NCBI GenBank assembly: GCA_036491415.1
Contig: DASXCC010000132.1
Coordinates: forward strand, 1 to 61,381
DNA: 61,381 bases
DNA from: Terriglobales bacterium
Lineage (GTDB): Bacteria; Acidobacteriota; Terriglobia; Terriglobales; Acidobacteriaceae
Direction: 5' to 3'
The translations under genes were made by a program, and so were the position numbers. A model generated the notes under the pieces. It was given only the letters and a program-made list of their open reading frames with translations, was not told the DNA's origin and did not search any database. Position 1 is the stretch's first letter. Each line of letters begins with the position of its first letter. Of the stretch, positions 9,412 through 17,247 are shown one piece after another.

Positions 9412-9446
9412 ACCAGGCAGGAAAATTTCAGCAAAAATTAAGCGGT

Positions 9447-9485
9447 AAGACGGCGAATTAACGTTCGCCGGGCGCGTCTTTTTCA
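9447..9485 (+). terminator. hairpin plus T-run after the HEAT-repeat gene; overlaps the 3' end of the small minus-strand ORF
   Basis: GGCGAA-ttaacg-TTCGCC is nested inside AAGACG/CGTCTT, followed by TTTTT. Confidence 0.5.
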
Positions 9486-9604
9486 AATAGCACGCTGAAA
9501 AGCCGCTTGGCAGTGATTGGGATGACCAAAATGCATCCCGCAAGTCCCACGTAAAACATCCCGGTAAGTAGGTACCCAATAATTTTGGCTGCTGAATCAA
9601 ACAT
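9458..9604 (-). CDS. 48-aa single-TM small membrane protein (uncharacterised)
   Basis: MFDSAAKIIGYLLTGMFYVGLAGCILVIPITAKRLFSVLFEKDAPGER. GGAGGT lies 6 nt upstream of the ATG, with its own TTGACA/TCTATA promoter candidate upstream and a hairpin at the stop. Confidence 0.5.
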   Translation of the reverse strand: MFDSAAKIIGYLLTGMFYVGLAGCILVIPITAKRLFSVLFEKDAPGER

Positions 9605-9674
9605 GGTGCACCTCCGGATGCGTATCTGCGGCAATATTGGAGATAGCGCAGACCAGCACAATCATACCTTGGTA

Positions 9675-9703
9675 TATAGAAGTTGGCGAGCCATAGCTGT
9701 CAA
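9675..9703 (-). promoter_or_regulatory. sigma70-like promoter candidate for the small ORF (TTGACA-N17-TCTATA)
   Basis: Minus strand reads cTTGACAgctatggctcgccaactTCTATAtacc. Confidence 0.4.
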
Positions 9704-9830
9704 GAGTCGAAACCTATCGATTCCCTGTAAACCGCGGGATTGATTCGAGAAATAATCCGAAGAGGTATGTCCCATCGGATCAAGTGAATTTGCTAGGCTA
9801 GAAGTAGAATCCTCGCTTACGAGTCCCTCT

Positions 9831-11450
9831 CTACTCAAGTCCCAACTCTTTTGCCAACGCTTTCCACTTGCTGTCTACAAGCGCTTTGGTCTTCGCGTCC
9901 ATCAGGATTTCGTCGGGCCAGGGACGGGTAAATCCTTCGCTCGGCCACTTACGCGTAGCGTCCACGCCCATCTTCGAACCGTAATTTGGAAAACGCGAGG
10001 CATGGTCGAGAGAATCGACAGGGCCCAGAGTGAACTGAATATCGCGCTCAGGGTCGATGTTGTTAAAAACCTTGAGCACAACTTCGCCGATGTTCTGAAC
10101 GTTCACGTCTTCATCCACAATGATCACGCACTTGGTAAACATCGCCTGACCGAGCGACCAAATGGCATTCATGACTTTACGCGCCTGCCCGGGGTAGGAC
10201 TTTTTGATGGAGACGATCATCAGGTTGTGAAAGACGCCTTCAATGGGAAGATTCACGTCGATTAATTCTGGAATGGTCAGCTTCATCAGCGGCAGGAAAA
10301 TGCGCTCGACGGCCTTGCCCATGTAGGCATCTTCTTGCGGAGGTTTGCCGACAATGGTTGTGGCGTAGATGGGATCTTTACGATGCGTGATGCAGGAGAC
10401 ATGAAAGACGGGATAGAGATCTTCGAGCGAATAGAAACCCGTATGGTCGCCGAAAGGGCCTTCGGTACGGAGCTCATCGAGATGCACGTGGCCTTCGAGA
10501 ACAATTTCCGCATTGGCGGGAACTTCGAGATCGACAGTTTCGCACTTCACCAGTTCGACGGGCTTCTGACGAAGAAATCCAGCGATGAGATATTCCTCGA
10601 CATCCGGCGGCGCGGGAACAATAGCTGAGAACGTGAGCGCGGGATCAGTGCCGATGACGACGGCGACTTCCATTTTTCCCGAAGGACGGTCGCCTTCTAA
10701 AAGAACCGAACCGCCAGAGGTGCGGGCCATGATGTCCACAGATGCGCGTGATTGATCAGCGGCGGGGACGCCCGCGCTTCCATGGTTTCGAGTTGCGTTT
10801 TGTGCCGCGGAACGCAATGCTTCGCGGTAGTGCTCGGCGCCGACTTTCTGGCGCTGCCAGTGCATGCCTGTGGTTCGCTCATCGAATATCTGCATGCGGT
10901 ACATGCCTACATTGCGCTTGCCGGTTTTCGGATCGCGCGTGACTACACAAGGCAGAGTGATGAAGCGTCCGGCGTCTTGCGGCCAGCATTGCAGAACCGG
11001 AAAATCGAGCAGCGAAAAGTTGTCGCGCTTAATGACTTCTTTGCATGGTCCGGTGGCGACAGTCTTGGGAAAAAATTTCCCCATCTCGGCCAGCATGGGA
11101 AGCATTTTGACTTTGTCGAGAAATCCCTGCGGAGATTTCACGTCCATGAAAGCGCGAATGCGGTCGGCGATTTCATCGAGTGAATCGACTTCCAGCGCCA
11201 TCTTCATGCGGCGCTCGGAGCCGAACTGATTGATGAGGACCTGCGATCCGGGATGGCCTTTGAGATTTTGAAAGAGCAGGGCCGGACCACCGGGCTGCAC
11301 GGGCGAAGCACCGGCGCCTACATTGCCCTTGGAGATGCGGTCGGTAATTTCGGCCAGCTCGAGAATGGGATCGACTTCGGTCTTGATTCTCTTCAACTCG
11401 CCGGCGCGGTCAAGAGCGGCAATCCAATCGCGTAGATCGTTATAGGCCAA
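9831..11450 (-). CDS. UbiD family (prenyl-FMN-dependent) decarboxylase; menaquinone/ubiquinone biosynthesis type
   Basis: Full-length UbiD similarity (GMYRMQIFDE..HWQ..; FGDHTGFY). Likely start is TTG at 11450 (GGAG 7 nt upstream; N-terminus LAYNDLRDWI matches homologues). The track start at 11507 adds 19 unlikely residues. Confidence 0.9.
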   Translation of the reverse strand: MAYNDLRDWIAALDRAGELKRIKTEVDPILELAEITDRISKGNVGAGASPVQPGGPALLFQNLKGHPGSQVLINQFGSERRMKMALEVDSLDEIADRIRAFMDVKSPQGFLDKVKMLPMLAEMGKFFPKTVATGPCKEVIKRDNFSLLDFPVLQCWPQDAGRFITLPCVVTRDPKTGKRNVGMYRMQIFDERTTGMHWQRQKVGAEHYREALRSAAQNATRNHGSAGVPAADQSRASVDIMARTSGGSVLLEGDRPSGKMEVAVVIGTDPALTFSAIVPAPPDVEEYLIAGFLRQKPVELVKCETVDLEVPANAEIVLEGHVHLDELRTEGPFGDHTGFYSLEDLYPVFHVSCITHRKDPIYATTIVGKPPQEDAYMGKAVERIFLPLMKLTIPELIDVNLPIEGVFHNLMIVSIKKSYPGQARKVMNAIWSLGQAMFTKCVIIVDEDVNVQNIGEVVLKVFNNIDPERDIQFTLGPVDSLDHASRFPNYGSKMGVDATRKWPSEGFTRPWPDEILMDAKTKALVDSKWKALAKELGLE

Positions 11451-11532
11451 GAGGGCTCCTCGTGTGTAAAGAGCGAAGGCTGAAACACAATATCCCTCGA
11501 CTCGCAAATAGATTCGCGTAACGAATCTATTA

Positions 11533-11595
11533 CTTCGCTCGGGATGACAATATATAGCGCGGTCTTAGAGCGCGAAAATAACTATCCTGAGCGAA
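11533..11595. repeat. REP-like element: CTTCGCTCGGGATGACAA plus inverted partner ATCCTGAGCGAA (12-bp stem with one G.U)
   Basis: TTCGCTCGGGAT (11534..11545) pairs with ATCCTGAGCGAA (11584..11595). There is an inner GCGC hairpin. It lies in the ubiD/SDR divergent region. Confidence 0.6.
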
Positions 11596-11603
11596 CTGCT
11601 GAT

Positions 11604-11609
11604 TATAAT
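11604..11609 (+). promoter_or_regulatory. consensus -10 hexamer TATAAT exactly 8 nt upstream of the SDR ATG (leaderless-type)
   Basis: gatTATAATggcagcccATG; no SD. Confidence 0.45.
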
Positions 11610-11617
11610 GGCAGCCC

Positions 11618-12388
11618 ATGAATGGATTCCCTAGATTTAATTTAACCGGACAAGTCGCGCTGGTGACGGGCGCGGCCCGCGGGCTTGGCCACGCGATTTC
11701 ACTGGCATTGGCACATGCAGGCGCGAACATCGCCCTGGGTTTGCGCGACGCAAAGGCGGATGGCACGCTGGCGCGAGAAATCGAAGGCATGGGGCGAAAG
11801 GTGCTCTCGCTGCAAATGGACATCGGCAAGATGAGCGAGATTTCGCGGGCCGTTGATGAAACGGTCACAAGATTCGGACGGCTCGATATTCTGGTGAACA
11901 ATGCCGGCATTGCTCCCGGCAATCCGGCTGAAAATGTGCGTGAAGAAGATTTTGACGCCACGCTTGCGGTGAACCTGAAAGGAACATTTTTCGCTTGTCA
12001 GGCAGCAGGAAAAGTAATGATCAAGCAGAAGCGGGGCAAGATCATCAACATAAGTTCGCAGGCAGGGTTTGCGGCGCTCCCGGGTGAAAGCGTGTATTGC
12101 ATGACCAAGGCCGGAGTCGCGCATTTGACCAAGTGCCTGGCGGTGGAGTGGGGAAAATATGGAATCACTGTGAACGCGGTGGCGCCGACATTTATTCATA
12201 CGCCGGGAACGGAGCAATTCCTGTCGAATCCGGAGAACCATGCGGACACCGTGGAGAGAATCGCCGCGCTGCATCGCATCGGCGAACCTATGGAAGTGGC
12301 GGGAGCGGTTGTGTTTTTGGCTTCAGATGCGGCGGCAATGATTACCGGCCACACGATGTTGATCGATGGAGGATGGACGGCGCGATAG
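11618..12388 (+). CDS. SDR family oxidoreductase (classical short-chain dehydrogenase)
   Basis: TGAARGLG cofactor motif, NNAG, and the catalytic YCMTKAG (YxxxK). Confidence 0.9.
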   Translation: MNGFPRFNLTGQVALVTGAARGLGHAISLALAHAGANIALGLRDAKADGTLAREIEGMGRKVLSLQMDIGKMSEISRAVDETVTRFGRLDILVNNAGIAPGNPAENVREEDFDATLAVNLKGTFFACQAAGKVMIKQKRGKIINISSQAGFAALPGESVYCMTKAGVAHLTKCLAVEWGKYGITVNAVAPTFIHTPGTEQFLSNPENHADTVERIAALHRIGEPMEVAGAVVFLASDAAAMITGHTMLIDGGWTAR

Positions 12389-12464
12389 AGGAATTTTAGA
12401 TTTTAGATTAATGCAGGCAGGGATCTTTCGACTTGATGGTATTTCGCAATGCGAAAAGACCATG

Positions 12465-12482
12465 CTTCGCTCAGGATGACAA
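12465..12482. repeat. second copy of the REP-like core CTTCGCTCAGGATGACAA
   Basis: 17/18 identical to 11533..11550 and in the same orientation. Preceded by the palindrome TTTCGCAaTGCGAAA (12442..12456) and the tandem ATTTTAG ATTTTAG (about 12403..12418). Confidence 0.6.
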
Positions 12483-12519
12483 ATTTGTAGGGTAAACAAA
12501 CAAAGAAGAAATTAACCAA

Positions 12520-12549
12520 GCGCGGCCAAAAGCCGCGTCTTTTTATTTT
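12520..12549 (+). terminator. rho-independent terminator after the SDR gene
   Basis: CGCGGC-caaaa-GCCGCG followed by TCTTTTTATTTT. Confidence 0.75.
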
Positions 12550-12566
12550 CGGAGGAAACAGTAAAG

Positions 12567-13118
12567 ATGTTTCAGGAACAAACTCACGCCATCGATAGCT
12601 TTACGATTTATGCTTCGGCAGAACCACCATTGCTCATCCCGCCGCATGGCTTCGAAGAGATCCTGGCAACCTTCGGCGATATTCGCGAGTACATCCACAA
12701 AGACGGCAGTCTTGATCCGCGGTGGGAAGCGGATCTATTGGCGCGAATCTCTCTTCCCTTCCCGCTGGCGCTTTCCTGGAACCATGCGCAGATGGTCAAA
12801 GAAATGACGTGCCACAAAAAGTCAGGCGAAATCTTTTCCGATGTGTTCGCCAAGATTCAAGCAAACGGACTCGAAACAAAAATCCAAGCATTTGGCGGAT
12901 GTTTTTCTTTCCGGCCACAACGTACAGGAACCAGGCTCTCGACTCATGCGTGGGGAATTGCGATTGACCTGAATCCTGAGACGAACGCCCAGGGTACAGC
13001 CGGCAACATGGATTCCGATATCATCGGAATTTTTAAAGATGCGGGGTTTGCGTGGGGCGGGGACTGGGAAGGCAAAGTCCGCGATCCCATGCACTTTCAA
13101 TTTTGTACTGGATATTAA
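12567..13118 (+). CDS. M15 family metallopeptidase (D-Ala-D-Ala carboxypeptidase/VanY-like)
   Basis: HAWGIAIDLN and WGGDW....DPMHFQF zinc-ligand motifs. GGAGGA SD. Confidence 0.85.
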   Translation: MFQEQTHAIDSFTIYASAEPPLLIPPHGFEEILATFGDIREYIHKDGSLDPRWEADLLARISLPFPLALSWNHAQMVKEMTCHKKSGEIFSDVFAKIQANGLETKIQAFGGCFSFRPQRTGTRLSTHAWGIAIDLNPETNAQGTAGNMDSDIIGIFKDAGFAWGGDWEGKVRDPMHFQFCTGY

Positions 13119-13133
13119 ATATTAAACGAGACC

Positions 13134-15173
13134 TTATTTGCCGGCCGCTACAGCCACCGTAGCCCGACCGATGCCATTCAGAAGCAGTTCCGCAATGGTC
13201 GCATTGTCCACCGGCTTCGAGTAATAAAAACCCTGGGCAACTTCGCAGTCCAGCTGCTTTAAATGATTGATCTGCTCGATCGTTTCCGTTCCTTCGGCGA
13301 CAACTTTCATGCCAAGGTTGTGGGCCAGCATGATGATGATGCGAACAATTTCGCGGCTTTCGGGATCGGTGTCCATATTGGAGATGAACGCACGATCAAT
13401 TTTCAGTGAATCCACCGGGAAGCGCTGCAAGCGGGCCAACGAAGAATATCCAGTGCCAAAGTCATCGATGCTGAGGCGAACACCGAGGTTTTTCAATTCC
13501 GTAAGCACCTGCTCGGCGCGTTTGGAATCTCCCATTGTGATGGTTTCGGTAATCTCCAATTGCAAATATTTGGGCTCCAACCGGGCCTGCTGAAGAATCA
13601 GGTCAATCTCCGCTGTAAGTTCCGGCTGCGCGAATTGTTTAGAGGTAATGTTCACACTCATTACAGGCAGATTGGCGGAGGGAAATTGCAGATGCCATGC
13701 GCATAGCTGGCGTGTGGCTTCCTGCATAAGCAGACGATTCATGGGGAGGATGAGGCCGGTTTCATCGGCCACCGAAATAAATTCATTCGGAGGAATCATT
13801 CCAGTCGGCCTGATCCAGCGTGTAAGCGCTTCGAAACCGGAAATTTTTCCTGTCTTCAAGTCGACGAAAGGCTGGTAGTAAACCTTGAATTCGTCCTGCT
13901 CAATGCCCTTCCGGATTTCCGTTTCCATGCGCAGACGTTTTACCGCGCTTTCATGCATCGCAGGATCGAAAAGCTCCAACCGTGCTTTCCCGTCCCGCTT
14001 GGCGCGGTACATGGCAATTTCTGAATCGCGAATCAAATCTTCGGCTTTGGTATAAGCCGGAGAGCTTAGAGCAATTCCAATGCTGGCAGTGATCACGAAT
14101 TCCTGATCGTTCACGGTAAACGGCACAGCGCATTTGTCCTGGATCCGTTGCGCCACACGGATTGCGTCGCTGGGATCGCGAAGGTCGTCCAGCAACACAG
14201 TGAATTCATCGCCGCCAAGGCGCGCGATGGTTTTTTCCGGGCTGGCGATCTTTGGCATGGAGGGACGCGCAACGCTATCTAATTCGCGCAATGACTCCGC
14301 GAGCCTGTGGCCAATTTCAATCAAGAGTGTGTCGCCGTGAGCGTGACCCAGACTGTCATTCAGAACTTTGAATTCATCGATGTCGATAAATAAAACTGCG
14401 AATTTGTATCCTGTGTGGCGGCGCGTCAATGTAAGCGCATGCTGCAAACGGTCCACAAAAAGCGCACGATTGGGAAGATTGGTAAGTTTGTCGTGGAAAG
14501 CGTTGTGCGCAAGCATATCTTCCGCACGCTTGCGTTCGGTGATGTCGCGATTGACGATCACCAACTTTGCGGCCTTGCCGGGCTCTCCTGAAACCACGCT
14601 AGAAGTCGATTCCAAATAACGCCACGAACCATCTTTATGGCGAATGCGATACTCCAACCGTTCGCCGCGTCCGGTGGCCTTTGCTTTCTCCCCCGCTTCC
14701 AGCACCCGCTGACGATCATCGGGATGGACCTGTTCGAGCGAAGAGGTATTCAGTTCTTCCTGGGAGTATCCAAGAATTTTTTGATAGGCCGGACTGTTGT
14801 ATAGGCGATGGCCTTCGGAATCAACAACCGCGATCATGTCGGCGGCATTTTCAGTGATGAGTTGGAAAAGCTGGTCGCGTTCAATGATCTGTCTGCGTAC
14901 GCGTTGAATTTGAAAGTGCTGATAAAGCGTATAGACATCAAAAAGCAAAACTAATGCGGCCAGGCCGCGGACCCACTCCTTCAAATCAAACCAGTCTGAA
15001 TAAGAAACTAAATGCGTTTCGGGAAAAGTAAGCGAAACGATTCCGAGAGTCAAAATCAGCGTGACAGCGATGGCAAAACTCCACAGCCACCATTCCCGCC
15101 CCTCAATGACTCGCATAGGGACCAGCGCCGGATGGTTTGGCGGGCTTTGCCCGGGAGTAGTTTGTTCGCTCAT
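13134..15173 (-). CDS. membrane-anchored PAS-GGDEF-EAL c-di-GMP turnover protein
   Basis: RLGGDEF motif, EAL motif (FEALTRW), DDFGTGYSS, a PAS segment and N-terminal TM helices. ATG at 15173 is preferred over TTG at 15191. Confidence 0.9.
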   Translation of the reverse strand: MSEQTTPGQSPPNHPALVPMRVIEGREWWLWSFAIAVTLILTLGIVSLTFPETHLVSYSDWFDLKEWVRGLAALVLLFDVYTLYQHFQIQRVRRQIIERDQLFQLITENAADMIAVVDSEGHRLYNSPAYQKILGYSQEELNTSSLEQVHPDDRQRVLEAGEKAKATGRGERLEYRIRHKDGSWRYLESTSSVVSGEPGKAAKLVIVNRDITERKRAEDMLAHNAFHDKLTNLPNRALFVDRLQHALTLTRRHTGYKFAVLFIDIDEFKVLNDSLGHAHGDTLLIEIGHRLAESLRELDSVARPSMPKIASPEKTIARLGGDEFTVLLDDLRDPSDAIRVAQRIQDKCAVPFTVNDQEFVITASIGIALSSPAYTKAEDLIRDSEIAMYRAKRDGKARLELFDPAMHESAVKRLRMETEIRKGIEQDEFKVYYQPFVDLKTGKISGFEALTRWIRPTGMIPPNEFISVADETGLILPMNRLLMQEATRQLCAWHLQFPSANLPVMSVNITSKQFAQPELTAEIDLILQQARLEPKYLQLEITETITMGDSKRAEQVLTELKNLGVRLSIDDFGTGYSSLARLQRFPVDSLKIDRAFISNMDTDPESREIVRIIIMLAHNLGMKVVAEGTETIEQINHLKQLDCEVAQGFYYSKPVDNATIAELLLNGIGRATVAVAAGK

Positions 15174-15440
15174 AAATGCACGCAATCTCAAGATTCTAGA
15201 GGGCTTAAAAAGAAGGGAAAGTTACCAAGGTTGTGGCCTATCAGTGGAATAGAGATTTACGGTTAATACGCTTCTAATCGCGTTGCTCTGGATCGAATCG
15301 CAGGGATGCTCAAACAGTATTTCGACAGTAGACTGCCGTTTGCGCGAGAGCTTTCCGTCTTACAGAAAAGTTACAACCAGGAATTCTTCAAATGGCCTAG
15401 AATGAATGTTTTGAAAGCCAATGCATTTACTGGAGAGCAT

Positions 15441-16694
15441 GTGAAACGAAGAGTCGTGATCACTGGCATGGGAGTAGTCAGTCCCAATGGAATCGGCAAT
15501 GCGGAGTTCCGTGAAGGAGTTCTCGCAGGGCGCAGCGGGGTACGAAAGATTGAACGCTTTGATCCTTCCGATATCTCCATTCAAATTGCCGGTGAGGTCC
15601 GCGGCTTCGATGAACTGGCCTGGGTCGAAAAGAAAGACCGTAAGCATGTGTCGCGAGTGCTGCCTCTTGCATTGGCCGCTGCCAGTGAAGCCTTGAAAGA
15701 CGCCGGAATCGACTCGGCGACCATGCCTTTGAAAGAAAAGCAGCGGTTCGGAGTGATCTTCGGGACCGGCGGAGGATCACAGGAGTTCACCGAAGAACAA
15801 TATCGTCTGTTCTTTCATCAGCAATACAGCAAGTTAAGTTTGTTCTGCGTACCCACGGGCGTAATGGGATCGCTCTCCAGTGAGTTGAGCGTGCGCTTCG
15901 GCTTGCGCGGGCCAAGTCACATCATTACCAGTGGATGCACTTCCTCTACGGATTCCTTCGCGTATTCGATGCGCCAGATTCAGTCGGGACGGTTGGATAT
16001 GTCGCTGACGGGCGGAGCCGACGCACCCATCTCCTTGGGAATCATCAAGGGATTCATTCTGATGAAGATCATGACGGAGAAGTGGAACCATGCACCGGAA
16101 CGCGGTTCGCGTCCTTTCAATGCTGACCGTGATGGCTTTGTGTTGGCGGAAGGCGCGTGGATGTATGTTCTGGAAGAATACGAACATGCCAAGGCGCGAG
16201 GAGCAAAAATTCTGGCCGAAGTAGCAGGATATGGATCCACATGCGAAGCATTCCATCGGGTGCGCTTACAGGAACACGGCGAGGAACCTGCGCGGGCCAT
16301 CTCGTTAGCGATGAAAGAAGCCGGAATTGCTCCGCATAACGTGGACTACGTGAATCTGCACGGAACTTCGACGCAATTGAATGATCGCATCGAGACACAA
16401 GCTTTGAAATTAGCTCTCGGCGAAGAGCAGGCACGCAAGACGCCGATGTCGTCATTGAAGTCACAGATTGGCCATCCCCAGGGTGCGTGCGGAGCAGCAG
16501 GGATTGGCGCGAGTCTTGTGGCCATGCATAGCGGGCAAATTCCCCCCACGATTAATCTGGAAACACCTGATCCGGAATGCGATTTGGATTACGTTCCGGA
16601 AGCGGGGCGCAAGAAAGAAATTGAACACGTCGTATGCAACTGCATTGCTTTTGGATCGAAGAATTCGGCCTTGGTATTGAGGAAAACCGCTTAG
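15441..16694 (+). CDS. fabF: beta-ketoacyl-ACP synthase II family protein (stand-alone)
   Basis: KRRVVITGMGVVSPNG N-terminus, active-site Cys (TSGCTSS), and HGTST / GHPQGACG His motifs. GTG 15441 lies 5 nt after GGAGAG. Alternative starts are ATG 15402 or 15306. Confidence 0.8.
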   Translation: MKRRVVITGMGVVSPNGIGNAEFREGVLAGRSGVRKIERFDPSDISIQIAGEVRGFDELAWVEKKDRKHVSRVLPLALAAASEALKDAGIDSATMPLKEKQRFGVIFGTGGGSQEFTEEQYRLFFHQQYSKLSLFCVPTGVMGSLSSELSVRFGLRGPSHIITSGCTSSTDSFAYSMRQIQSGRLDMSLTGGADAPISLGIIKGFILMKIMTEKWNHAPERGSRPFNADRDGFVLAEGAWMYVLEEYEHAKARGAKILAEVAGYGSTCEAFHRVRLQEHGEEPARAISLAMKEAGIAPHNVDYVNLHGTSTQLNDRIETQALKLALGEEQARKTPMSSLKSQIGHPQGACGAAGIGASLVAMHSGQIPPTINLETPDPECDLDYVPEAGRKKEIEHVVCNCIAFGSKNSALVLRKTA

Positions 16695-17203
16695 CTTTTC
16701 GGAACATCTTCGCGGCGAAATTTGTCCGGCACGCGCAAATACGCCATATAAAGAACGATCGCTACATTCACGACAATCACCATCACGTGAAATAGATTGG
16801 GCTTGTGCGCAAAGCGATAAAGTTCAAACGGTACATACGCGCCTGCTGAAATCAAGGCCATCCATTCCGCCCACGCCCTGGCCTTCCACAGGCCATATCC
16901 TTCGATGAAACGGAGGGTCGAATAAATCAATCCCGCAGCCACGATTGCCCAAAGTTTTTTGTCGGTGAGTGTGTCGGCCCAATCCAGAAATACCTGCGCC
17001 AGGTGGCGGTCAGGACTGATATGCAGAAAGGCGAGGAGTGAAGAAGCTACATCCCAGGGATCGCGATGAATGACCAGAATAATGATGCCCAAACAGCCGA
17101 CAATTGCGGCCACCCCCTTCAAAAGTTCCAACATGGCAACAGCCTGTAGGACCTTGAGTTGGGCGCCGTGATCAGGATGAGAAGGTGGGAGTTTAAGGCG
17201 CAC
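16691..17203 (-). CDS. DUF2127 family membrane protein
   Basis: LRFIEGYGLWKARAWAEW signature and four TM helices. Its stop codon overlaps the fabF-like stop codon (convergent). Confidence 0.6.
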   Translation of the reverse strand: MRLKLPPSHPDHGAQLKVLQAVAMLELLKGVAAIVGCLGIIILVIHRDPWDVASSLLAFLHISPDRHLAQVFLDWADTLTDKKLWAIVAAGLIYSTLRFIEGYGLWKARAWAEWMALISAGAYVPFELYRFAHKPNLFHVMVIVVNVAIVLYMAYLRVPDKFRREDVPKS

Positions 17204-17247
17204 TTATTTAATATTAACTCGCTGTAATTGGTTGCATTGTTACAAAG

